Source: Desulfomonilia bacterium (lineage in GTDB: Bacteria > Desulfobacterota > Desulfomonilia > UBA1062). From it: 64,000 nucleotides of DNA. Every line of letters starts with the position of its first letter. Positions within the stretch are counted from its first letter, which is position 1. The notes beneath the pieces are model-generated. The model was given only the letters and a program-made list of their open reading frames with translations. It searched no databases and was not told the origin of the DNA. The stretch is taken from positions 224,001-288,000 of the forward strand of contig JBEKDT010000002.1 in assembly GCA_050014195.1 (NCBI GenBank), in the 5' to 3' direction. The translations under genes and the position numbers were made by a program. Positions 1 through 9,761 of this stretch are shown here, in pieces.

Positions 1-170
1 GTTATCAGGCCTAAGGCCAGCACCTCGAATGAAGGAAAGGTATTTAGGCACAGAAGGGCCGCCAGACCCGGGGTGGCTAAATCCAGCAATAAGTGGGGGG
101 TCCTGGAAAGGGCCAAGAAAAGGTTCAGCCGGGAGAGGCCCGCCTGGTCCGACAGCAACGTGGTCTTCAA
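1..170 (-). CDS. UbiA-family prenyltransferase, 5' part (runs off the window edge)
   Basis: Not in the ORF track. Minus-strand translation from TTG 170 (GGGGAG SD upstream; alternative ATG 239) gives ...LFLALSRTPHLLLDLATPGLAALLCLNTFPSFEVLALGLIT, resembling UbiA-like N-termini. Confidence 0.6.
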   Translation of the reverse strand, partial: MKTTLLSDQAGLSRLNLFLALSRTPHLLLDLATPGLAALLCLNTFPSFEVLALGLI

Positions 171-454
171 ATTGTGCTCACTCCCCAGGAAAGATGGCAG
201 CAGCCTTTCATCTCTACATCCACCATGCCCATTTTTCATCAATGCCTAATACTTTGTATATGATTTTTGATTGTCCAACAATTACTATACCATGGTCTTT
301 CAATAAATTTTGCCATGCAACACAGTTATATAATATGAGTTCGTACATGGATGGGAAGCCCTACCCTATTTCCTCATACAGGTGTAGACCATGTCCCGGT
401 CCGGTAATACGGGCATAGCGAACTGCACCCCTTCACTCTCCAATTCCACGGCAT

Positions 455-549
455 TGCCACTTTGTCACATTTTGACCATGGTTACCCTACGGTTTTGCCA
501 ATTTGTTCATGCCCGGTATCTTCATTGATGCACTTGTGCCATTTTGGCA
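455..549. promoter_or_regulatory. Putative enhancer-binding protein (bEBP) upstream activator sites
   Basis: Palindrome TGCCA-TTT-TGGCA at 537-549, with related TGCCACTTTGTCA (455-467), GTCACATTTTGAC (464-476) and TGCCAATTTGTTCA (~496-509), 65-160 bp upstream of a sigma54 motif. Confidence 0.5.
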
Positions 550-612
550 AAAATATGGTGCGAGAGAATATTTATAGTTAGTATAATCATTGAGTTATAA
601 ACCATGATCATC

Positions 613-627
613 TGGCATGGCCCTTGC
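613..627 (+). promoter_or_regulatory. Sigma54 (-24/-12) promoter
   Basis: TGGCAT-GGCCC-TTGC matches the TGGCAC-N5-TTGC consensus with exact spacing. It is preceded by an AT-rich tract and lies ~50 bp before ATG 676. Confidence 0.7.
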
Positions 628-675
628 CTTATGTTAGATAGAAAGAAAAAAACAAACCCCAAGGAGGGTAAGACA

Positions 676-852
676 ATGATGACATTATGGATCGTTCTCG
701 GCGCACTGTTCATGACCGGCATAGGCATCAGGTTCACCTACAAGGTATTGGGACTCACCCCGGCCGAAGCAACCGCAGTATTCGTCCTGGTGGTCACCCT
801 GATCAGCATCAACACCGGCCCGGCACGCGAGATCCTCATGAACCTGTTCTAA
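676..852 (+). CDS. Small 2-TM membrane protein (58 aa)
   Basis: AAGGAGG SD at 661-667, ATG 676, two hydrophobic segments. Confidence 0.75.
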   Translation: MMTLWIVLGALFMTGIGIRFTYKVLGLTPAEATAVFVLVVTLISINTGPAREILMNLF

Positions 853-891
853 GGCCACAGCGGGATAGCAAAACGGATAAGGAGGAAGGCC

Positions 892-1131
892 ATGAAACGG
901 ATAAAGACAAAGAAAGAGAAGATCGAAAGGGCACTGGCCAACAGGCTCAGCAGGATCAGCGCATACAGTCTGGTGCTCGTTACGATGACCTTCCTCGGGC
1001 TGTACGGCGGGATGGAGCTTGACAAGATGACGGGCATGACGCCCAACTTCACCTTTGTCTGCCTGATCGTCGGCATCGCCATGGGCTTCAAGGGCTTCAT
1101 CCAGGAAGTCATCGCAGAGAGAAAGGCGTAA
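892..1131 (+). CDS. AtpZ/AtpI-like small membrane protein
   Basis: AGGAGG SD. The GLYGGMELDK...TPNFTFVCLIVGIAMGF pattern matches the GxxLD...P.F...G...G signature of the AtpZ family. Confidence 0.7.
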   Translation: MKRIKTKKEKIERALANRLSRISAYSLVLVTMTFLGLYGGMELDKMTGMTPNFTFVCLIVGIAMGFKGFIQEVIAERKA

Positions 1132-1136
1132 GTACC

Positions 1137-1235
1137 ATGACGGCTCTATTCATCACCATGGGCATCATCACACTTGTAGCCATGACCGTAAGGTTCCCCG
1201 GACACGGCAGGCACAAAGTACAAAGGGTATCCTAG
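1137..1235 (+). CDS. Putative 32-aa single-TM peptide
   Basis: MTALFITMGIITLVAMTVRFPGHGRHKVQRVS*, starting 5 nt after the upstream stop; below the ORF-track length cutoff. Confidence 0.45.
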   Translation: MTALFITMGIITLVAMTVRFPGHGRHKVQRVS

Positions 1236-1305
1236 GGGTCTGTTTATCGTTCCGCCTTCCGGCAGGTTCAGGGCCTATTCACTATTCACTTTCCGGGCAC
1301 CCTGA

Positions 1306-3891
1306 TTATTTTTTGAAAATCCCCTTCAGCATATCTTCGATATTCTTCTTCGCATCCTCGGTACCCTGCGGGAGCCCGCCCTTGTCCTGAAGTTTCTTCA
1401 TGCTCTTATCCAGGTATCTGGAGGCATAGTACCGGGTCAGCGCACTGCTTAAAGGCTTCACCTCTATCATGGGAACGGGTTTCTTGAGTGAACCGGTGAT
1501 GGTCATGGGCAGCACGAGCCTGTTCTGGTCGTTCATGAGGGTAGAGAAGGCGGCAGTCTTGGCGCCGATGCGCTGGGAGAACCGTTTGGGCAGAATCACC
1601 TGCCCTTTGAGATTGACCTGGTTGTTTTCCAGGCTGATGGTCCCTTTCAGTCTTGATTCAGTATCCACATCTCTGCCGCTGCTGATGTTCAGGAGCTGCA
1701 TGGAATCTACATTGATCACCTTGCCGGCAAGGTCGAGTTGTGCATTCATCGTCTCAAAACGAGTGGTCTGGTATTTCTGGACCTCGGCCGGTGCCAGACC
1801 AAAGGCACCGGAAAGGCCCGGAACACCCAGCAGGGTACCCAGCACGCTTCCCCCAAGATCGAAGTTCTTCCATTCGCCCTTATTGATGCGGAGATTCACC
1901 TTGGCGCCCAGGTTGTCCAGCGCTGGAGCGCCCGCCACGCCCTGTGCCTTGACATCTCCTGTGAGCGTTCCCGTGAAGATTCCCTTGAAGTTTGTCAGTG
2001 TATCCAGGACATTTCCTGCCTGGACATTGTTAAAGGCGGGAGATGCATCCCACGCCTTGGTCTTGAGGTTGTAAGAGGCCGCACCCTTGATGGACCCCTT
2101 CAATGCCGCCAGATCAAAGGAATTCACCTTAAACCGGTCATCGGCATAGGTGAACGCACCGGTGAGATTTGTGAACGGCAGATCCTTGATTATTCCCTGC
2201 CGGGACTTGATGACCCCATTCATATTCATGCCCTTTTCCTTTTTCAGGGCATCCATTGATAGCGTAACCCCGTTGAGACTTGCCGTGACAGGCCCGGCAA
2301 GGAGTTTTGCCTTGGCTTGAACTTCAGGGGCCGGCTTGGTCAGGACAAGGCCCATGTGGTCAGAGAGTGCCGAGATGTTCATGGTCATGGCCCCTGTTCC
2401 ACCGTTGATGGTTGTCTTGACTGCCACATTGCCGCTTGGCCTGAAGGCTTGGAGTATGGGAATGAGCGCCTGTGCGTTCTCCAGCGGCATCGGGTTTGTC
2501 TGAATCCTGATCCGGTAGTTTGACTTGTCCTGAACCTTGCGGACCTCACCCGAGCCATTGGCGGTTATGGCTCCAAGATTGACATCAAGGGCATTGATCT
2601 CCGTGATGTCCTTCTTCATGGTCATTCTGCTTGAAAAGGTGAACGGGCTGTTTGCAGGTTTAGCGAAGATCTTGCCGAAGGTGATTCCCAAGGGCTTCAT
2701 GTCAATGCCGGTACTTATCTGAAAGGTCTCCTTGTCGCCGGATGTGGCAAGACTGAACCCAGCAGGCCCTGTCAGGTTGATCTTGCCCGGTATGAGTCCG
2801 GCAAACATTGGCAGCTGTGCCAGGGTGTCGCCCGGGGTAATATGGTCGGACTTGAGAGTCATATTCCATGTCGGAGTTGTCTTGAGATCCCGGACAGTAC
2901 CCTCGAATGTGCCTTCGTCCCGGCCGAGTGTAAAGGTTCCATTGCCTATCTCAAGGCGCTGCTGTTCAAACGCCAGGACCAGGTTGCTTGAAAACGAACA
3001 TGATATGCCTTTCCGGTCCTTTGCTTCCTGGTTCGCACCTGGACCCCCAAGGACAAGGCCCTTCAGTTCCAGGACGGCCTTTGCGTTTATCTTATCATTC
3101 AAAGTCCCTTTTGCCGTGATGTCGATCTTCATGGTGCCGGCCCGGACAGGCATCTTCACAGGCAGGGTTTCGATCGGCAGGGAATCAAGGAGGAGACGCA
3201 CATCAACGGGTGCCTGGGTCAATCCACCCTCCCCGGGTACGGGGCCTATGGTGCCTGCCAGGGCGAAATTCTGTCCATCAGTGCTCATGAGAGATGCAGT
3301 GAGCGAAAAGGATATGGGCCTGAACATAGAGATATCCTGGGATTCAAGGTCGATGTCGCTGACAATAAAAGGCTTGGAGCCGGGTTTGAGCTTATCGTCG
3401 CGATAGGTGATGACCCCGTGCTTGACCATTACATTGCTCACCAGCAATGCAGCAGACGCACCGGGTTTTGGGGCCCCCTCCTCGGGTTTTTCCCCTGGTT
3501 TGGGAATAAGCAGGGTTGTGAAGTTGAACACACCTCCACTGTTTCTGATGATATGAATCTGAGGCTCCTTGAGCACGACTGCCTTGATCTTGATCTCTTT
3601 TTTCAGCAAGGGAAGGATGGCAACCTTTATTCTTGCCGCCTTAAGAGAAAGAAAATCTTCGTGAGAAAATGCAGGGTCATCTGTGATGCGAAGGCCATCG
3701 ATCTCGGCGCCCAGGCCTGTCAGGATGGTGAGCCGGATGCTCTGAAAATCAACCTGACGGTTTGTGTGCGACTTGATCCGGGCAAGGATCATATCCTTAT
3801 GCTTGTTCAGATCTACTGCAAAAGGCAGCACGGCAAGGATGATTATGATAACCCCGAAGACAATGCCGGCAACAATGGCTATCTTTTTCAT
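1306..3891 (-). CDS. AsmA family protein
   Basis: N-terminal TM anchor, AsmA-like N domain (LKAARIKVAILPLLKKEIKI) and C-terminal LPMTITGSLKKP motif; 861 aa. Confidence 0.85.
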   Translation of the reverse strand: MKKIAIVAGIVFGVIIIILAVLPFAVDLNKHKDMILARIKSHTNRQVDFQSIRLTILTGLGAEIDGLRITDDPAFSHEDFLSLKAARIKVAILPLLKKEIKIKAVVLKEPQIHIIRNSGGVFNFTTLLIPKPGEKPEEGAPKPGASAALLVSNVMVKHGVITYRDDKLKPGSKPFIVSDIDLESQDISMFRPISFSLTASLMSTDGQNFALAGTIGPVPGEGGLTQAPVDVRLLLDSLPIETLPVKMPVRAGTMKIDITAKGTLNDKINAKAVLELKGLVLGGPGANQEAKDRKGISCSFSSNLVLAFEQQRLEIGNGTFTLGRDEGTFEGTVRDLKTTPTWNMTLKSDHITPGDTLAQLPMFAGLIPGKINLTGPAGFSLATSGDKETFQISTGIDMKPLGITFGKIFAKPANSPFTFSSRMTMKKDITEINALDVNLGAITANGSGEVRKVQDKSNYRIRIQTNPMPLENAQALIPILQAFRPSGNVAVKTTINGGTGAMTMNISALSDHMGLVLTKPAPEVQAKAKLLAGPVTASLNGVTLSMDALKKEKGMNMNGVIKSRQGIIKDLPFTNLTGAFTYADDRFKVNSFDLAALKGSIKGAASYNLKTKAWDASPAFNNVQAGNVLDTLTNFKGIFTGTLTGDVKAQGVAGAPALDNLGAKVNLRINKGEWKNFDLGGSVLGTLLGVPGLSGAFGLAPAEVQKYQTTRFETMNAQLDLAGKVINVDSMQLLNISSGRDVDTESRLKGTISLENNQVNLKGQVILPKRFSQRIGAKTAAFSTLMNDQNRLVLPMTITGSLKKPVPMIEVKPLSSALTRYYASRYLDKSMKKLQDKGGLPQGTEDAKKNIEDMLKGIFKK

Positions 3892-4127
3892 TCAGGAACC
3901 TCCTATATGCAGCAGCTTTTGCACGAACCCAACCCTGGGGGCTTTATAGCATGCACCCTTCGGCGAGACAATGGGGGCGACAAGAGAGGAGGCTGTCGCC
4001 AAAATCATAAAAGCGAATTAGGGAAAACCTTGGCTTCGCTTCAGGATGACATTTAATCCAATTATGGTTATTGTCATTCTGAACAAAATGAAGCATCTTT
4101 TTACGCGTGTTGTTTGCCTTATGGTCG

Positions 4128-5816
4128 TTAAATATCCAGCCCCAACTGGCCTCCCGGGTTCATGATGTTGTTGGGGTCGAAGTGTTTCTTGAGTGTCCTT
4201 AAGACCGCCATCTGTTCGTGACCGAGATGCGCCTCGATCCAGGGAGCAATCATGCGCCCGATGCCGTGGTGGTGGCTCAGGGAGCCTCCGTATTTCAGGA
4301 TATTCTCGATGATGCCCCGGTGAAACTTCCTGAATTCATCAAGGTCGTCCATCTTCGCCAGAAAGATGAAGTAGAGGTTCGTGCCCTGTGGGTAGAAGTG
4401 GGATGCATGGGTCATACACATGGTTTGAGGCCGTTCCTTGATGTATTCCCTCACACCCTGGTGAAGGGTATGCAGGTTGTCCCACGTCACCGCGGATTCA
4501 AGGGTGTCGATGACGACACCGTAATCCATGAGGTCTTCCCGCATGTACGGTTCTGTATAGCGGGTATGCTCCCACTTCTTTGCCGCATATCCGGTGAGTG
4601 ACATGGCACCGAACTCTTTGCAGATCCGCTTGACCTGGTGTTCTATATTTTTTGCAAAGGCCTTTTCACCCTCGGCATTCCCCATGAAGAGGCAGCGCTG
4701 CATGGGCATGTAGCCTTTCTTGCGAAGGAAGGTATCCACGAACCCCGGCATGCCGTAAAGCTTTAACCCTCTATCGGTCTCCTCAGGATCGGATATCCTG
4801 AAGATGGCAGGCATGCCGAACTCGCCCTGGCTGATTTCACGGCTGGCATCCACTGCCGCCTCCCAGGTCGGGAACATGAAGCTGAATCGCCTGGTATTCT
4901 CCGGCATATATCTATAGATCTTCATGGTGGCCTCCACGAGGATGCCGTACGTGCCCTCGCTGCCTTTCATGATGTCATTCACCTTTGGGCCTGTGGCTGT
5001 GGCCGGGTAGTCATGGGTCTTGAATGTGCCTGCCGGTGTAACGTACTCCTGGCTGATGACCAGGTCATAGACGTCTCCATAGTATGAAGAGGCCTGGCCT
5101 GAACCCAATGTAACGATCCACCCTCCCACCGTTGAATATTCAAAGGACTGGGGAAAGTGGCCGCAGGTATACCTCCTCTTCGTATGGAAGAGCTCAGGCG
5201 ATCTATGCAATACCTCTTCGTAGGCCGGGCCGTACATCCCGGGCTGCACCCGGGCCGTCTGGTTGTCTTCGTTTACCTCAAGCACCTTGTTCATGTGCGT
5301 GCTCAAGACTAGCGATATGCCGCCCTTTGCGGGCCTCACACCGAAGTTCACCGAGCTGCCTGCCCCGAATGCATAGATGGGTATAGCGTTCTCATTACAA
5401 TACATGACTATATGCTGCACATCCTCTTTGTTCCTGGGGTGGACAACGAGGTCGGCCACCTGGGCGACCAAGCCCCTTCTGAGCTCCAAAAGCTCCTCGG
5501 TGGTCTTGCCGCTTGCATATTTGACCCTGCTGTAATCATCCGACGTCACATTATCTCTGCCGACAATGGCCTCAATATGCTCCCGGTGGTGAGATTCCAA
5601 GGCGCTCGGCCTGTTCAGAGAGATATTCTCCAGGCCTTCACCCTTTTTTGTCAGGAAGTCTTCATCTCTCATGGAGAACTCTTCTTTGATCATTTCATAC
5701 CACTTCATGCTCGGGTGCTTGTATGTATGCGGGTCTCCATATTTGAATACGGACCGGTAGGAACCTTTCGGCGGGGCTTCTTCAGTCCATTTCGGCACGA
5801 ACCTGCTTTTAATCAT
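4128..5816 (-). CDS. FAD-binding oxidoreductase, alkyldihydroxyacetone-phosphate synthase (AGPS)-like
   Basis: GHFPQSFEYSTVGGW, GSEGTYGI, SHHHGIG and FDPNNIMNPG motifs. Confidence 0.85.
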   Translation of the reverse strand: MIKSRFVPKWTEEAPPKGSYRSVFKYGDPHTYKHPSMKWYEMIKEEFSMRDEDFLTKKGEGLENISLNRPSALESHHREHIEAIVGRDNVTSDDYSRVKYASGKTTEELLELRRGLVAQVADLVVHPRNKEDVQHIVMYCNENAIPIYAFGAGSSVNFGVRPAKGGISLVLSTHMNKVLEVNEDNQTARVQPGMYGPAYEEVLHRSPELFHTKRRYTCGHFPQSFEYSTVGGWIVTLGSGQASSYYGDVYDLVISQEYVTPAGTFKTHDYPATATGPKVNDIMKGSEGTYGILVEATMKIYRYMPENTRRFSFMFPTWEAAVDASREISQGEFGMPAIFRISDPEETDRGLKLYGMPGFVDTFLRKKGYMPMQRCLFMGNAEGEKAFAKNIEHQVKRICKEFGAMSLTGYAAKKWEHTRYTEPYMREDLMDYGVVIDTLESAVTWDNLHTLHQGVREYIKERPQTMCMTHASHFYPQGTNLYFIFLAKMDDLDEFRKFHRGIIENILKYGGSLSHHHGIGRMIAPWIEAHLGHEQMAVLRTLKKHFDPNNIMNPGGQLGLDI

Positions 5817-5836
5817 TTGTTACCTCCACCCTTATT

Positions 5837-7474
5837 TCAGTTTGCGGGTACCTTAAGTGCATCCGCTGTCTTTGTTATCTCCTCGACAACCCTTTTACCG
5901 TCCCATCCAAGCTCCCCAGCAACGGTGAGCGCCACTTTTTCCAGCACCTCGATGCCGGGGTTGCCAAGCGTAGCGATGCCGGTCCTGCGGAACACGATAT
6001 CGCTTAAACTGCGCGCCATCTCGTGGCGGACAGCATAAACGGCCTGGGCGAGGATCTCCCCATCGTCATTGAGCATTCCGGTCAATGATTGGTCATGCCG
6101 TGCAATCTCCAGGACCGGCTCGAATTCGGTCCCGTAATTCTTGCCGAGATATTCGAGTGTAGCTGCATCAAAGTCTTTGTTCTTGTGTTTGATGTCGAGC
6201 ATAAAGGTCTTCATGTCCGTTATCTGGGATCCCCAGAGATATCGCTTGGCTGACGGCGAAACCGTGTGCCGGATCCCAAGTTTCTTCTCCATCAGGTCAA
6301 CGGCCTTTTCCGCCAGGTTCCTGCTGGTGGTGAACTTGCCGCCTTCCACGGTGATGAGACCTTGCAGGTCATCAACGGCATTGTCATATATCTCGTATCT
6401 GCGGGATGCCCCATAGGTATCTGCAGACTCGTCTTCCACAAGAGGCCGTAAGCCCCCATAGGCGTAAAGAATATCGTCGTACCCGACAACCTCACTGCCC
6501 AGTGTGGTATTGACATCATTGATGAGCCCCTCGATGCTCTTTCTGGTCACACGGTATTCATCAGGGTTTCCGGTGAAGGGCTGATCCGTTGTCCCGATGA
6601 GATTGTGACCCCTCCAGGGGACCATAAAGAAATGCCTGGCCTCTTTGGTCATGTAGCTGACGACATGGGAGTTCACGATCTTTTTCGTAATGATGTGGAT
6701 ACCCTCCGACCTCTTTAAGGTCCCGGACGCGGTACCCTGCCTTGCCAGGCCGAGGAGTATATCCGCCCAAGGGCCGGCACAGTTGATAACGAGTTTGGCC
6801 TTCAACTCCTGGAGCGATCCTTTCAGAAGATCCCTTACCGTCACCCCTTCGATCTTCCCGTTGTCATTCATGATGAACCCTTCCACCCGGGCATAGTTGG
6901 CAACCTTGGCGCCATGGTGAACGGCTGATTTGATGAAGGCCAGGGTAAGCCGCTCCGGAAAGATGTTCGCGCAGTCATAGAATACCGATGCGCCTTTCAT
7001 CCCCTGCGCAAAAATCCCGGGCTCCAGTACGAGGGCTTCGGATGTGGATATCTTCCTGTGGGGAGGAATCTTCTTGCCCTTGTCCCATGTGCGGTTTCTG
7101 TCATACGACAATGCATCATATATCCTCAGCCCGATGCCGATCTCCACGGCATTGTTTTTAGGGCATACGGTGTCGTGCACCATCATCATGGGTATGGGAT
7201 AGACGAAGTTGGGGGCGATGTTCTCCAGGGTCCTTCTCTCTTTGAGCGACTCCCTGACCAGGCCGAATTCCGCATTGGCAAGGTAGCGCAGCCCGCCGTG
7301 GATGAGCTTGGATGTTGCTGCGGATGTAGCGCATGCGAAATCCTTCTTTTCGACGAGCGCGGCCTTAAGTCCCCTGCTGGCAGCCTCGTAGGCAACCGCA
7401 GCCCCGGTGATCCCGCCGCCGATAATGATAATGTCGTGGTTGATAGTGCAGGGTTCTTCAATGAATCTCTTCAT
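5837..7474 (-). CDS. glpD: Glycerol-3-phosphate dehydrogenase/oxidase (FAD)
   Basis: IIGGGITG, TSKLIHGGLRYL, GLRPL and GGKFTT motifs. Confidence 0.88.
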   Translation of the reverse strand: MKRFIEEPCTINHDIIIIGGGITGAAVAYEAASRGLKAALVEKKDFACATSAATSKLIHGGLRYLANAEFGLVRESLKERRTLENIAPNFVYPIPMMMVHDTVCPKNNAVEIGIGLRIYDALSYDRNRTWDKGKKIPPHRKISTSEALVLEPGIFAQGMKGASVFYDCANIFPERLTLAFIKSAVHHGAKVANYARVEGFIMNDNGKIEGVTVRDLLKGSLQELKAKLVINCAGPWADILLGLARQGTASGTLKRSEGIHIITKKIVNSHVVSYMTKEARHFFMVPWRGHNLIGTTDQPFTGNPDEYRVTRKSIEGLINDVNTTLGSEVVGYDDILYAYGGLRPLVEDESADTYGASRRYEIYDNAVDDLQGLITVEGGKFTTSRNLAEKAVDLMEKKLGIRHTVSPSAKRYLWGSQITDMKTFMLDIKHKNKDFDAATLEYLGKNYGTEFEPVLEIARHDQSLTGMLNDDGEILAQAVYAVRHEMARSLSDIVFRRTGIATLGNPGIEVLEKVALTVAGELGWDGKRVVEEITKTADALKVPAN

Positions 7475-8205
7475 GCGCCTTCCCCCTTTCCCTTCAGGGT
7501 CTGTATGTATGAGCGGATGGCTGTTTCGGCATAAACGAGCACATCGCGCATGACCTTCCTGGACTGTTCGGTATCGCCTTTTTTTATTGTCTCGAAGATC
7601 TCCCGATGAAATTGTTCGGAACGTTTGGCGTTTTCCGGGTTGTCGAAGTAGAGATGGCCGAAATCCACGAAGAAGCCGTTAAAAAAATTCAGCAGGATGA
7701 GATAGAGGATATTGCCGCTTGCCAGCCCAACGATGTGGTGAACCTTCATATCCCTGATCATGACCGATGCTTCCTTGCTATGGAATACGATCTCATCCAG
7801 TGCGTTTATGTGATCCTCCGTTCTGTTCCGGGCTGCAATGGCCGCCATCTCGGGGACGAGGATGAGCCTGACCTCAAGGAGGGTCATGAGGATGTCCGTA
7901 TCGAGGGTGTCATCAAGGTAGAACAGGGCATTGACGAGCTCGAGATTGGGGCTTTCTAAATAATTCTTCACATACACCCCGTCGCCGTGCCTGATCTCGA
8001 TGACATCGAGCGATTCCAGCTTCTTGAGTGCCTCGCGCACCGTCGATCGGTTGACCTGGAAGGTAAGCGCCAGGTTCCTCTCGGTGGGAAGCTTCTGGCC
8101 CACCTTCATGTCTTTCTTGATGATCTTCTTCAGGAGCAGTGCTGCGATCTTCTCATAGAGCCTGCTCCTGCTGAGCTGACCCATTCGTGATGCCGGCATA
8201 TTCAT
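7471..8205 (-). CDS. GntR/FadR-family transcriptional regulator
   Basis: LPTERNLA...VNRSTVREAL...HGDGVYV wHTH plus FCD domain; 4-bp overlap with glpD. Confidence 0.92.
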   Translation of the reverse strand: MNMPASRMGQLSRSRLYEKIAALLLKKIIKKDMKVGQKLPTERNLALTFQVNRSTVREALKKLESLDVIEIRHGDGVYVKNYLESPNLELVNALFYLDDTLDTDILMTLLEVRLILVPEMAAIAARNRTEDHINALDEIVFHSKEASVMIRDMKVHHIVGLASGNILYLILLNFFNGFFVDFGHLYFDNPENAKRSEQFHREIFETIKKGDTEQSRKVMRDVLVYAETAIRSYIQTLKGKGEGA

Positions 8206-8216
8206 TATAGTTTCCC

Positions 8217-8255
8217 CTGCATGAATTGGTCGGGTGGTCCGACCAATTCATGCAG
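8217..8255. promoter_or_regulatory. FadR-type operator within a perfect 17-bp inverted repeat
   Basis: CTGCATGAATTGGTCGG-N5-CCGACCAATTCATGCAG, containing TGGTCCGACCA (FadR-subfamily core), directly upstream of the regulator. Confidence 0.75.
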
Positions 8256-8447
8256 TATTATATTCTTTCTGTCAAGAAAATACGTATAGTAATCAGGAGT
8301 AACCCTTCATGTACTTTGATTCTTACCTGAAACCCTATGCTTAGTGTGCTCATGTTCTTTGAATGTCATTTCCCCTTGACTGCTTAACGTCATGCCCCTA
8401 CATGCACACCTTGTTGAAAAAACTATACGTGGAAGGGGGAAAATAAC

Positions 8448-9188
8448 ATGAAAAAATCAAGTAACCTTTTCATATTGGTGTTCGTAGGATTGGTCACCCT
8501 GTACAGCTCTCCTGCTCTTCATGAAAATGCAAATGCAGGGGACATGATATTAAGCGATATGCAAGCGGGTTCCTCCTACAAGGGGGACCTCATGTCAAAC
8601 CAAGTGCATACCAGTTCCCTTGCTTCAAATGATGTATGGCTGCTGCATGGAGAACAAGGTAGCCGGGTTGTGATCACAGATGCGGTGGAAGCCGGACATG
8701 TCCCGCCGGATATCTATCTCTATCCTCCAGGCGGCACGGCATATGAGGCCCGTTCAGACCCAGGGAGCGACCGATACCGGGTCATTGACCGGAATCTGGA
8801 ATTCACCGGGAATTACGTCGTGCTTATCCATAACAATGACAATAACGACCCATTAAACACGCTCAATTACGAACTCACCTATACGACGTTCCAAATGAAT
8901 GGGTCTTACATGATAGATCCTGATGCTATTGATGGAAACCTCATTAAAACCGTTCCCAGCAGGTTATATCAGCCCAGGTCGGGAGGGATTGTAACGAGCG
9001 CAATTGCAGTCGATGAGGCTACCATGGGGCTTGGACCGCTCTTTTATGGAATCTTTATAGGGATTGGCAGCACGGTTGAAGGTGTAGCAAGTCTCTTTGA
9101 GAAGTCCTCTTCGGAAACGAAAGTTCAAGACACCTGCCCGATGCCTGTGATTTATAATGACAAAGAGTTGGTTCTCTGTGCCAAATAA
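8448..9188 (+). CDS. Secreted hypothetical protein (possible degenerate PPC/beta-sandwich domain)
   Basis: Signal-peptide-like N-terminus; D.W...G..G..V.I...PDIYLY.P.G...TGNYVV pattern. Confidence 0.55.
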   Translation: MKKSSNLFILVFVGLVTLYSSPALHENANAGDMILSDMQAGSSYKGDLMSNQVHTSSLASNDVWLLHGEQGSRVVITDAVEAGHVPPDIYLYPPGGTAYEARSDPGSDRYRVIDRNLEFTGNYVVLIHNNDNNDPLNTLNYELTYTTFQMNGSYMIDPDAIDGNLIKTVPSRLYQPRSGGIVTSAIAVDEATMGLGPLFYGIFIGIGSTVEGVASLFEKSSSETKVQDTCPMPVIYNDKELVLCAK

Positions 9189-9288
9189 TAAAAGGTATAT
9201 CGACCACGGATAGACCCTATCCTTCCGATATGGATAGGAATGGAAGCCTCTGGGCATGAATCTACAATAAACCGTAAGGACGAGAATA

Positions 9289-9525
9289 TCAGTCTTGTTT
9301 ACTTATTGCCCTCAAATTAAGCAGATTGATATCTGTCTTTGGTTGATATTTATTGATCAGCTCACCAATGGCCTCATTCACAAGCAGAGAAAGCTCCTTT
9401 CCCGTCAATGCAGAGAGAACAGTAAGAGCCTTTGCGTATCTTTCCTCGATGTAGTAGTTCCTCTTGATGAGCTTGCTGTTATCGTCATTCCTTAAATCCA
9501 GCGGCTTCCTTCCTCTTGTTGCCAT
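9289..9525 (-). CDS. Small ribbon-helix-helix-like DNA-binding protein
   Basis: 78 aa; KRNYYIEE strand followed by two amphipathic helices (LSLLVNEAIGEL); GGGGGA SD. Confidence 0.55.
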   Translation of the reverse strand: MATRGRKPLDLRNDDNSKLIKRNYYIEERYAKALTVLSALTGKELSLLVNEAIGELINKYQPKTDINLLNLRAISKQD

Positions 9526-9761
9526 TTTTCCCCCACAGTTAGTTTGTTAAATCTTTTTCTGAAACCATTGCACTTATTAGATGAATATATCTTATTACCG
9601 GTTCCTTTATCAGTTATTTATTTCTTTTGCAAAAGGATCTCTTCCGGGTACCGACTCGGTGATTCTTGACCTTCGGCCCGGTCTGGTGTTAAGTCATCTT
9701 CTACCTTGAAGATCACACACATCAGGTGCGGTTCGAAGAGCACCGGAGGATGCAAGAGGTC

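Noticed and set aside
29-418. 129-aa plus-strand ORF
   Set aside because: Antisense to the UbiA-like frame and has no recognisable motif; probably spurious.
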